A DNA stretch of 64,000 bases from Paramecium tetraurelia (lineage: Eukaryota), in contig CT868017.1 of assembly GCA_000165425.1 (NCBI GenBank), positions 186,001 through 250,000 on the forward strand, in the 5' to 3' direction. Position numbers and translations under genes: made by a program. Shown in pieces: positions 1 through 13,200 of this stretch; the stretch's first letter is position 1, and the number at the start of each line of letters is the position of its first letter. The notes below the pieces were generated by a model that did not search any database, was not told where the DNA came from, and saw nothing but the letters and a program-made list of their open reading frames with translations.

Positions 1-405
1 AGGTAGGTAGTAAAGCCTGCAATAGGTTTCGTCACTTAATTCTTAAATGATATAAAGGCTAAGCATAATCCTAATTCGACATCTCCCAGTAGAATTTTAA
101 TTTAATAGAGACATTAATTTTTCATTCTAATTCAATACACGACGTTTGAACACTCAAAAATGTAGGTATAGATTTTCTGAAGAAAATCTAATCTTGAAGC
201 AATTTAGGAGGATGTTAATTCAATAAAGCTCCTTGACTAATAAATGCTCAAAAAATACTTACAGTAAAGCCTTAACAGCTTAAGACCATAACCCATGTTA
301 ACAAGAAAATTAAATGAATTTGAATCTCCTTTTGTTAGATATTTGCTAGGGTGTTGTCAATATAATTAGATTCGTTTCATCCAGAAGAGATAAAATAATT
401 TTTGA
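1..405 (+). CDS. 3' end of a hypothetical protein, truncated by the window edge
   Basis: Code-6 frame reads ...EAIQEDVNSIKLLDQQMLKKYLQQSLNSLRPQPMLTRKLNEFESPFVRYLLGCCQYNQIRFIQKRQNNF then TGA at 403-405. A predicted 21-nt intron at 162-182 removes an in-frame TGA. Confidence 0.55.
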
Positions 406-1254
406 AACGATATTTTACAAACTTGTTTTATATTCATAGACGATAACAAGACCCTTAATAAATATTAAAAGAATAAATATAAACAATTTAATCAGCAAAA
501 TACAATTTTATTTTATTAATAATTTTTTTTTTATGGCTAAGAAGCCTTTCTATAATTATCCAACAGAAGGATTCATCTCAAGATGTGAGAATATAGTCCA
601 CTATGACTTAAGTATCATACAAATATCTTTTAAATCAAATATTAGGCAATCAATAGCGAATTTTAGATCCAATTTGTCCATAAATTGATTCCTTACCTAA
701 TCATTAATTGTTAGAGAATTTTATATAGAATAAGTAGATTACTTAAATGAAATGGAATCAATTTTTAAATCTTATTAATTATGAAGCTGTTTAAATAATG
801 GCAATCATTTAATTAACATTTAATAAACAATTTTAATGTACCTGATATAAAAAAGGATGATTGGACTATAAATTAAAATGTTATAGGATTCTTAGAATGT
901 TTGAACAGAAGGGGATTTTTATTTTTTAACATTTATATCAATATAATTTTGATAATTATTGGAATTATTTAAACATAATCAAACCTACTGTTATGATATA
1001 AGTCTATAGATTGCACTTCTAAGACTTCGAATCAGAAACTTTGGAGTAGATAAGAGGCCCAGATTTACTCATAATTGAATAAAATTATTAATTAAAATTG
1101 CGAAAAAAAAAAACAATAAATTGAGTCGGCCAATAAACAATGAAATCGATATCATTAAATGAGTGCGTTATTTTTTCAAATGAAATGGGTAAAAATTATA
1201 ATTATTAATTATATTTAATTATTTTAATTCAGCAAAATATGAATTATTAAATAA

Positions 1255-4200
1255 ATGTTTTGGATATTTTATATATTAAGATTAGCCTAATCATCTTGTT
1301 CATACACCAATTTTGATTAATTCTAATTGAATAGCGCTAGCTTTTATCAAGAAAAGTAGTATGTGAGAGGAAATCCATATGCCTTTGGTGTATGGACACA
1401 ATAGGCTCCACTTAGAAAAAACTTTTATGGGAACAAATCAAAACCATATTTTGATTCAACCCGTAGTCTTGATGGGTTTCATATTCTTAATTTTCAAAGC
1501 GGAGGTAGCATATAAACATTGTTCTATTAATAGCCAGTTTATGTTACAGGATACCCAATACTAGTATTTTTATAAAATACATAGTCTGGGGTCTTGTCTT
1601 ATAAAATTCAGTAGGGACTCTTTTATTATGAGGGATATTGGGTTTTTACCTATTTTAGTTTTAGCTATAATAACAAATACAATTTTGCATCATATAATAC
1701 AGGGGATAATCGCTTTTATAATTTTTTGATCACAGATAGAAGATTGACTGTATAAACAACGAATGTAAAATTAGAACATGGAGGTTAAGGATTATATGTC
1801 ATAGGAACTAGTAGTTATAATCTAAATTTATTTTCGGGAAGGATTTCGATAATTACGACATTTGAAAGTTCAATTACTTTTTTCTTAAATACAGATAAAG
1901 TTAAATTTTAATAATTTATTTCAAATTGCTATGTTCCTCCAGCATGTTAAAAACCTGTGGAATTATATTTCTTTAATGAAACCTATAATTAAAATAATTT
2001 TACTGTTGCCAATTATTATGTCGATATTCCAGGGTTAATCTATAAGCTTGAATTTTGGATGAAGAGAGATTCTTATAAAATAAGCTCACAAAAAGAAATC
2101 TTAATATCTTTTGGAGGTAGTTTTTCAACATTAGATCGATTTTACTAATTAGTATTGTTTTGGAAAGCTGTAGATCAAGATGTGGGTTTATTACACCAAT
2201 TAGATTTTTATGAATTAGTACCTGGTGAAAAGATAACTGATAATAGTTTTTCTGACGAAACATACTTTCTTAAACCTAGTAAAAACTTTGAAAAATGGAG
2301 CTATTTTAAATATTAATTTTGGAAGTTTGGACAATCTCAAATAATTTAGCTTTCCTTGTATTAATCTTGCTGTGACACATGGTAAGTAGTTGATTTGTTT
2401 GACATTCCTAATAGCCAATAATATTCTAATTATTAGGCCATAATAACAATATTCACATAATAAAAAGATGTAACTGTACTGCCTTTTGAAGGTTTGATTT
2501 CAAATTTAAGATTTACATATTGTTATAATCTAGAATATGTATTTGGATAATAGTCGAACTAAAGTATATATAGTGATATATATTATAGATTGTAATGCAC
2601 TATGTAAAACTTGCACAGGGCCTACCCAATATGATTGTGCATCCTGTTTTGATGAATAAAATAGATACTTGTAAACTGATCTTCATTAATGTTACTGTAA
2701 ATCTAACTATGAGGAAGCAAGTGGTTTAATATGCCAAAGTAATTTATTTCTATCATTTAGAAACCTTTTTAAGCTCTATATCCGAGTAAAAAGAGTTATA
2801 TAAAGAGTTCAGTATAATTGAGGTATAGAACAAATACAAGTGTAGTTATGGTTATTTTGAAGTCTGGAAGGAATTGGAATTCTTGGGATGCATTATATGG
2901 TATTTGTAACGATAATTTAAAGCCCTTATTTTGGCCAAGGTCATAATTCAGTAAATTGCATTAATTGTATATTGAATTCTCACAATTGGTATTTAAACCC
3001 AATTTGTAATATTGATTACAGAACTGATGACTCTAAATTCTATTATAATCAATAATTAGATTATTAATCCTAAGAAATATTTATAATCAATTTTGATTTG
3101 ATGGTAACAGAATAGTGTCCTGGATGTGAATATCTAACTAAAACAAAAAATTCGCAATCCATTATTAAGAATGTAAATGGATTAAACACCTATTATAAAT
3201 GCAAATAGTATTTATACCCTAAAGATAATTCTTGCAAATAATGTGAAATGAATTGTATTAATTGCAAAGATGCAGAAAATTGTATAGAGTGTAATTAAGG
3301 GTTTTATATAAAAAATGATCATTGTTATCAATGTCCTTAAGGGTGCTTGTCGTGCATTTTGGATGCAGAATTAGAGTAATTAAAATGTTTACATTGTTAA
3401 CAAGGCTACTCTTTAGAAAACGATAATTGTTAAAAATGTGGTGATCTTTGTTAAATTTGTTAAAAGAAATTGAACAAAAATACTGGTAAAGAATATATGA
3501 AGTGTTTAAAATGTAATTATAATGCTTATATATCTCTTGATGGGGAAAGCTGTTACTTTAATAATTTAGATCATTGTATATACCCTTTCCAATTTTCCGT
3601 TATGTCTAATTAAATAAACACCATATATTATGATTTTTAACCTTAAGAATCTCAACATATTAAAACTGGCTGTACCTTCTGTTCAGCTGTTTCCCTATTG
3701 GATACTGGCAATAATTTGTACACCTGTACTCCTTTAGATTTTTATTCAATTGAGACCGGATGCTAATAATCACTGGTAATATCTGGGCTCAGAATTTGTG
3801 CTCTTGGTATCAATAATTTAATGTTAATTGGAGTTGGATATTGCACTCATTTGATTCCAAACTGTCTATTTTGTTACTAAAATAATTGGGAATCTAGTTA
3901 TATATGTTTTAAATGTGAAGATGGTTATTATACTGATTACTATACAAGTTTTTGCAAGCCATGCAATCCAGAATGTGCTACTTGCATTTAAGTTGATTCT
4001 TCCAAAATAGTAAAGTCTGCTATTCTAATATTTTTTCTTACCATAACAAATGAAAAATAATTATATTATTAGGTTACTCAAAACCCTAATAAGAATGAAA
4101 TTGAATTGATATGCACTAAATGTTCTGATGGCTATTTTAAACATTTTGATAAGTGTATCTAAAAATGTCCTGATAATTGCAAGGAATGCAAAATTATTAA

Positions 4201-7200
4201 TGATTAGTAGGTATGTATTTCTTGCATTTAATTCAATGATTCACATTACAATGTTTATAATGGAAGGTGCATTTAATGTCCTTAAAATTGTAATATATGT
4301 CATCTTAGAAATGATGATGAAAAATTAATGATCAACCCATATTTTAACAATAAAGATTTAGAGTATTTTTCTCATAAATGTATAGCGCCATAATCCAGTG
4401 ACTTATATTACGATTAGGATATTCAATAATTTATCAAATGTGATGATATTAATGAATGCTAAAAAGAAATTATTATTGATATTCACATTTATTGTAACTA
4501 AATTGATTTAGATAACTATCTCAACTAATTGAATGATAAATAAAAAGTAATTTAGAGAAAATTTCACATTCTTTTGGAAAATCTGGATTTATCATTATAT
4601 GAGTATTATGACTATTTTCTCTATCTTAATCAGAACTTTGTTAAGATAGTTACTTATTAACTTACGATTGCAGATAATTAACTATGTTCTTTGAAAAAGG
4701 AACTAAAGATCTAATCAAATTTATAAACAAATATTTTTAACTTGATTGAATTAAATTTGATTTTAAATGGATCTGGTAATACTCTCTAATTGAATAATCA
4801 CTTATCACTTTCAAATTTTACTCACATAAGAATTTAAAATTTTAATCTTCAAATTTAGACTGGATTTATATCAATGAATAATATTATTAGTTATACTGTC
4901 TAGTTTGAAACCATTAAAATCTATCAAGATTAAACTAGTATTTCATCATAAGAGTGTTTATTCTAAATTAGGGAATCTTCTGAAATTACTATTTCAAAAT
5001 TATAAATACTTAATATTAATGTCCATTTTTTGAATGGATTATTTGTAATTAATAATCAAAATATAAATACTAAATTAATAGCACTAGATATCAATATAAA
5101 TCACGTCAAAATTATGAATACGTCAATTATAAATTATAACACATCCCAAAAAGTAGAAACTAAAATATCAAATCTGCATATTTTAAATTCCTAATTTATA
5201 AATACTACCCTAATGGAGTAAATTTACTAAACTGAAATTATGGAGATGGATAATTTTATTTTTGAAAATTCAATTCTATTAAACGCTCAAAGTTTCTTAA
5301 ATTTTGAATAAATTTAAAATGTTGAATTAAATAGATTCTAACTTTTAGAATCAATTTTACAAAACTCGAATTTTATATCTAGTTCTAAAATTCTTTTATT
5401 GACAGAATTCGATTTATAAAAACTCTCATTTGTAGGATAATCCACATTTCTTATCAATCAAAACTAGGTAATTCTTGAATTAATATAAATTAATCATGGT
5501 AAGATCATAGATAATATTTATTCTAACAAATATGCTTTCATTCTATTATTAAATTCAGAAGCTGTTTATCTTAATAATATAGAATTTATCAACAATGCTA
5601 TTAATACTGATATTTAAAAAGATTCTCTTTTCAAGAACATTGAATTATCCTTAATCAATATTTAATCTAATACTGTGATATTTGATACTTTAATGATTCA
5701 GAGAGGAATAGGCTACTCTGAATTCACTATTAAAAATACAAATACCTTTAAGCTTATGAACACTGTGATAACTTTGCATTAAAAGTATTAATTTTAGAGT
5801 CTTTTTAATAATCAAGAATGTAATTTAGAACCATTCAATTAGTTTATGTATAATAATTTAGTGAATTTATAAAACAGCTCGTTCATTTATGTTTCAAATA
5901 CAAATATCACAGATATAATATTATATAATTCAGTATTATTTGAAATTCAAATGCTTTCATAGATTAGCTCATCATACTTTTTTATCAATTGCAATATTTC
6001 ATCCAACATTTTGCATCAAGTAAATAAATATGAAAAAGTATCTTTAATATCAATTAATTCTAATTATTATTTGAATTTGAATATAACCGGAGTTACATTC
6101 TCTTCCAATTTATTAAATTTATTAAAAGAAAGTAATCCTTAAAAACAAAGTCTGATTTTATTAGTTGAAGCATATTAAGCTAAAAGTACAATTAGTCAAT
6201 GTTTAATTCAAAAAAATATGATTTTGAATGGCCAAGGATCTCTTATGTACATTGACGCTGACTTAATAAATTTGGAAGACACAAAGTATTTTCAGAATTC
6301 AGCCTTTGTGTATGATACATTAAAGTAATTCCTCAGATGGGGATTGGCAGAAGAAATCTTTTTAGAACATTTATAGAAATTATATATTAGTTCTAGCAGT
6401 GGAGGAAATGGAAATTTTTAAGCCCGATCAGTTATATTGAACAAGATTTTATTATATGATTCTCACTCAATATAAGGAGCCGCATTCGTATTAAAAATGA
6501 TTGAAGATGGATATATACAGATTAAAAATTCACACTTTGAAAATTTACAAGCTGAATTAATCGAATCTTCATTAGGAGGAGCGTTTCATATCTAATCTTA
6601 ATCATTATATTTAAGAATCGATGTAATTAGTACAATATTTCTGGATATTTCCTCCAGAACAGGAGGTAGTATATTTTATATTATTCCTTCAACAAAACAA
6701 TTTAAGATTTCTTTACTAAATTCTACATTTGAAAATATTTTTTCCATTTAAGGAGGTCTAATTTATATAGAAAAATCTATCCATTAATAACAAGTTATTC
6801 AGATGAATAAATGCAGTTTAACTTAAAATTTGGATACATTTTATGCATTTATCAATTCTCTATAGGAAGTATCAAATAATGAACTCGCAACGTTAACATA
6901 ACAATATTCACTGATCCATTGCTATGATTGCTAATTTTAAATAAGAGATTTATAGGTAACAAATTATCCACCTACATCCTTATTTTAATTATATGGAAGT
7001 GCAAATCTCAAGAATATTTCAATACAAAATATTATTTTTTCAAATCAATTAATACAATTTTCTCCAGTAGGATAATCTGATTAAATAATTTTTCATAATA
7101 TAGAATTTTACAACTGTACACAATTACAGATTAATGAAATGGATATTCCTTCAAAAAGAAATGCAAATCTCTTAAATAGCAGCTTGAATACAACTTGTAA

Positions 7201-10156
7201 TGAAAATTTAATAGATGCTCCTTCATCTATTATGAGTTTTAATGAAAGTTTCTCTAATATTAATCAAATAGCCCTTTTACAAACATTATTATCTTAGATA
7301 TTATCATCAACAGTGGCAATGATATTATTTTAATTTACAGATTCATATCAATAACAAAAAATAAAAATTTCTGATATTACTCTCTAGAACAATGAATGCA
7401 CCAAATGCTCAAATGGTCTATTGAAATTTGAGAATAGTAAGAAAATATCTATAATTATTTCGTAAATGATCATATCTAATTCATATTGCGGGAAAAATGG
7501 TTGCATTTCATTCATTTCATAAGATAAACGTATTCTTTAAAGTTAGGTCTCTAATGGATCTATAGCTAATTGTGCTATCAGAATAGAGGATTTGTAATGC
7601 ATAAACAATTAAGCTTAATATGGAGGTTGTTTGTTTATCCAAAATTAAATCATTTCAATTATAAAAAGTATGATAGCTGGAAATACAGCAGTATATGGAG
7701 GTGCCATTTTTACAAAAGGAATTAATTCAACATTAATTTCAGATAATGTAGTTATTACAAATAATTCAGCTTAATTTGGAAGTGGAATTTATAGCTAAGA
7801 TAACTTGAATAGAAATGTTAAAGGAATAGAGTTGATTGATAATTCTGGATAGAATCAAATTGACGAGCAACCTTAATAACTATATTTATAAATCTTTAAA
7901 GACTAAATAATAAAACCTACGATTGTGTAAAATTCTTAATATGACCAAAAATCTTAAATCATTGGAAAAGATGGATAAAATTCAATTATTCATATACCTA
8001 CAGGAATTCCATTATCTGAATACAAAAAATTTGAGATAGAAAAGAATAAATACAATTATCAAACTATGCAAATGAGAATATATGCAGTTAATTCATAATT
8101 AGAAATTGTTAGAAACCTAACAAATACCTATTGTGAATTACAAATAAATAATTTGAACAGTAGTTAATAACAAAATTTATCATTAAATAAAAATAAAATT
8201 TACTTTAATTAATCAACATTTTCATATAATTTAGATGATTTAATCTTTTACATTCCCTCAGATTCAAATTAAACCTTTGAATTTACTATTAAATGTAATA
8301 GCATTTATATTCCAATAATAAACAATAAAAACCATTTAATAGAGGGGTATTATTATATTTTAAAATTAGATATCATTAAAATTATGTTTTGAGTTTATTG
8401 ATTAAGCCTAATGACTGTTAAATGGGAGAGTACAGTTAATCTAAAGAGGATTATTGTCATTAATGTATTGTAGACTAGAAATAATATTCTGTTATTGTAG
8501 GAGCTACTAGTTGTCAAATTGTAGACGATTAAAAGATTTAGGAAATAACCTAAGCTTAAATATTTTTAAAAAAGGTATTCTAATCTACTTATTATATTAG
8601 GGTTTTTGGAGAAGGAAAGTGACTACTTCTACTATAGACTTGTGTTTAAATAATCAGCTAAATTGTATTGGAGGATGGGGATTTGGAAATGAATTATGCT
8701 AATAGGGCTATCTAGGTGCTCTTTGTGAATAGTGCGATTATTATAATGAGAGAGGAGGAGGAAATTACTAAAGAGAGAGTTTTTTCCAATGTTAAATTTG
8801 CTAAAATGATAGCCTACAATAGCTATTTAATTTATTGATCACAATTTTAATGTAAAAAATTTTATTAATTTAAGATTTCTATGTCTACTTATAATAATTA
8901 ATTATTTATCCAAAAAAAGGCTTTAATTTATTCACTTACATATTTAATAGTTTACTGCATCTTTCAGATTAAGTATTTTTAAGCAAGAGGAAGCACTTGA
9001 GGGTTAGAGCATAAAGATTATATTGTTCTATTTTCAAATTATCAGTTTTACATAAGAATTATCTCCTGTATTTTCAGATTAAATCTAATAGTTAATTCAT
9101 TTTCTAGGAGATCCTTTTTCATTGTTAGGAATATATAAAGAATGTTAATTAATAAACTTAGAATTTAGCGTAATTTATTTATAAATCTTATAAAATTTTA
9201 TATTTTTGCTGATATTAATGACTATTTTTGTTTGCTTAATTTTGGCCAAGACTTTTATGTCAAAATAAAAAAACCTAAAGATGGAATTATTTAATTTCAT
9301 ATATCTAATATATATCTTCGTTGTTGGAAGTTTTTTACGATCTATGATACAACTTATAGCCTTTAGAGATATTTAAGATGTGTATTGGATTTACAAAAAC
9401 ATTTCATATGATTACACAAATACAAATCATCTTAGATTAGTATTATTTTTATTTTTACCTATTGTGATATGCCTGGGGATTGTTTTACCTTTTTTATTAC
9501 TACAAAAGTCAAAGTCAACCTTATTTTTATCAAAACCAATTCCTTATAAAAACTTTGGATTCTGGTTTACATCTTACTCAAAAGATCATAAGCATTGGGA
9601 ATTTTATAAATTTTTATTGGTAAATGGATTGATATGCTTAATCATCATGATTGATGCAAATGCTACAATAAAAGGAGCCTTATCGTATTTTCTACTCATC
9701 ATTTATACTAAAGTCTGTTAAGACAATAATATCTATTATCAGAAGTAAATGAATAGATTTGAAAGTTAATTAAATATTATCAGTATCATAATCTTAATCT
9801 CTTGCACACTGTTTTCTATTTAGGAAAACTAAGGATCCATATTTAAAAATATAATTTTGATATTCATAAATTCTATATTTATATTGAGTGGAGTTTTTAT
9901 GATCCTACATTTATGGAAATTGAATTCCTTTTATTTAAGAAAGATGTTTTGTAAAGGATTTGAAAGATTAGGAAAATTTAATAAGATATTTATTAAGTAT
10001 AACATATTTTAAGCTCATTCAAACAGTTCCATATAATTAAGAAATTAACGGTTTGAATTATTAAAAGCTTTTTTAAAACAGCAAAGCAAAACATCATTAT
10101 CAATTAAAAAAGAACAATAAAGCTCTCAAGAATAGAATTAAACTTAAGGAATTTGA
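1255..10156 (+). CDS. Giant cysteine-rich multi-pass surface protein A1 (~2900 aa): signal peptide, beta-rich LamG/ConA-like N-terminus, furin-like CxxC repeats, GGAI-type beta-helix repeats, C-terminal Cys-rich module and multi-TM domain
   Basis: Starts MFWIFYILRLAQSSCS. Contains CNALCKTCTGPTQYDCASC and many CxxC repeats, NQAQYGGCLFI / NTAVYGGAIFT / NSAQFGSGIY, CIGGWGFGNELCQQGYLGALCEQCD, then hydrophobic helices with HWEFYKFLL. Predicted introns near 2563-2588, 2739-2760, 2900-2922, 8347-8369, 8575-8600, 8852-8874. Frame checked constant across the long exons; TGA at 10154-10156. Confidence 0.9.
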
Positions 10157-10215
10157 ATTAAAAAATGAAATGTCAAATTTTAGGATATATATTTTCTATA
10201 ATTTTTTTTAATTAA

Positions 10216-13200
10216 ATGATTGATTTTTATATTTGGACTGGCAGCATCATATTATTATTAGGATTAATAAGTCCTACTAACGAGTGTGATTCATACTACA
10301 TTGCTAGGATGCCTACTAGATGACACTACCGAGACAACCAAGATGTCACTCTAAGAATATTCAGCCTATGGATATGGCTTCTGGTTCTAATTTTTATGCA
10401 CGCATCATATATTTTAAGATGACTTAAACGCATACCCTAAATTTGAAGGGTTTCTAATATTAAGGGAGATAAACCCTGATACTTCCAAATATAGGGTGTT
10501 TTTTTATTAAGATTGGACAAATAATAATACTAATTAGGAAAAATATTTATATTTATGATATGAATCAGATGGCTAAATGATCTAATTAGCAAAAGTCATA
10601 TTTGACTCCTTCGATTTTTAAGGCAAATGGATTCATATATATGTTTCATATTAATTTCCTTATGAAAGATAGATAATTATGTATGATATTTGGAATGATT
10701 ATTGTTAAATCATAAACTATTAATCTAGTATTAATTTAGAAATGAGGGAAACGATTATGACTCAAGGAGGAGAAATTAAATTATAATTAAGTTTAAGAGA
10801 TGAGGTAAAACAATTTGTTTAATTCCCTGGCACAATTTCAAAAGTAGAGTATAATTTCAATGAAAATGATGTAATTGTGAAGACAATTCAAGAATTTAAA
10901 ATTTTTGTTGAATAATAATTTATAACATAACCATATTGTTAAATTTCAACTTATTTAACTTCATAAAATATCAAATTACACATACCACTATGGATTAATT
11001 TAACTCGAATCTTGGGTTAAGATTGATTATAATTATGTACTATAATTAGTTTATCATAGAATGTGAACCTTTCAGCCAGCGTTTTTGGCGCTGAAATATT
11101 ATCTTTATCTCATTTTCAGGATTATTAAAAGTTAGTTGATTTATAGTATTGTCTTATTTAAGCATGGTAATAGGGTTTGAGAAATGGAGTGTATTTTTAA
11201 ACTCTCAATCAGATAATTCCAGATCTTTTCAAACTTGATGGACAATTTTTCGGTAAAAGTGAGTTTGCATTCCATACTTTAAAATAAGATTTAAGACAAT
11301 GGCATTATGTTTCTATTCTTTACGGTTTTGATAATGCATAAGTTCCAGTTTCAAAAATGAAAATGTGGTTCAATGATGGGGATGTCTATGAAGCTCAATA
11401 TCATAATAGAACATATCATTTCAGTGAACTTGTCATAAGAATTAGAAGCGGAGTCTTACTTGAAATGTCCGTTAATGGGTTGTAGATAACAAGAGAAAGT
11501 AGTAAGATAACTGTTTGCTTACCGGAGTCATTTGATCTTATGAAAAGTAAGTTTTTTTTGATTAATAAAGAATGTCACTTTAGTTGTTTAGATTGTAACG
11601 GTCCATATATTAATTAATGCATAAGTTGTGATTAAAATTCTAATAGATATCTCGAAAATAGTTATTGTAAATGCAGTCTAGGCTATATTGAAAATAATCT
11701 TGGAAATTGCATATGTAATATAAATATCTTAAATTAGAATTCTTGGATTTCTATCCCACTTCAATATAAGATTATAATGCCAAGAATTAAACTCTATCTT
11801 AATTTGGTTATTTTCCAATTAAAGAAGTCGATAATCAAATAATTTATATACGTTGTCCTTAATTTAATGAAATTAATTAGGAAAAGGTAAGATGCATTGA
11901 ATGTTTGACTTAACCCGAATCCTTTGCTAAATTATTGAAATGTGAATCCGATTATGTTTTTAATAGTTATGGTCAATATGAATTAATTTAGAGAGAAGAT
12001 AAAGATATTGAATTATATGTTCTTGATACTTCAACATCATCCCTTACGTTGTGCGTTGGTTGTAAATCTTTTTGTAACTACAATATTGATTTGAATTGTC
12101 ATTTTCATACATTCTTACAAGTATATATTTAATGTCAATCGCAATTCTATTATAAAAACGGAGAATGTGATGTGTGTAATTTTAAATGTAAGACATGCGT
12201 AGATTTTTTTATTTGCACATCTTGTTATGATTAACAAGTTTTGAATCCTCTTAATAATGAATGTCTTGAATGTCCAAAGGAATGTTTAGAATGCGAATAT
12301 AATTCTGGCGTTAAATGTAAATAATGCATAGGATAATATTCAGTGTTTTAAGGATTATGTTACCCTTGTAGTAAATATTGCTTAGAATGCATATATGTTT
12401 AAAATCCGAAAGATGGATCGTATTATAATAGATGCATTAATTGCATAGATAATTCAAAATATTATTTATCAATCAATGCAGTTGATTGTATTCAAAATCT
12501 AGATCTTAATTGTATATATGCGATCTAATTTCATAAATCCTGGTTTATGAGAAATAGGGTAAATACTATATATCACATGTATGAAAAAGGAGATTATAAT
12601 TCTGATTAACTTATTAATTATTGTGCCTTGTGTGCTGAAGGTTATGCTTCGTTACTTTCAGGATCATGTATTAGAATAGATACAATTCCTGATAATATAG
12701 AAAATAAACAATATTGCACACAAATGTACTAAATGGAGTTGTATCAATAATTTTAATTAAATAAATTATAGTACTAATGTTTGGTTTACTCAAAAGATTT
12801 AAATTAAATTGTTTCAATGTCAAATGATTGTGAAAATATTTTGTTTAATTGTGCCTACTGTTTCAAAAATATTTGTTTGTTTTGTCTACCTGGATATTAT
12901 ACTGAATTAGTTACTGGAGAGTGCATTGCATGTCCATCAGAATTACATTGTTATAAATGTGAATAGCGATCAAAGTAATGGAAGAATGGTTGGAAAATTT
13001 GGTATGCTATGGTTCATTACATCATGAAACGTAGTAGCATTTATGGTGATATATTCGGAAATGAACCATAAGATAAATTAGAAGTTGTTTGTAAGGTTTG
13101 TACAGTAGATTTTGAATTTTACTAAGATAAATGTATCAAGAAATGTGCAGATAATTGTGAGCTCTGCATAAAAAGTAATGGATAAAATAAATGTGTTAAA

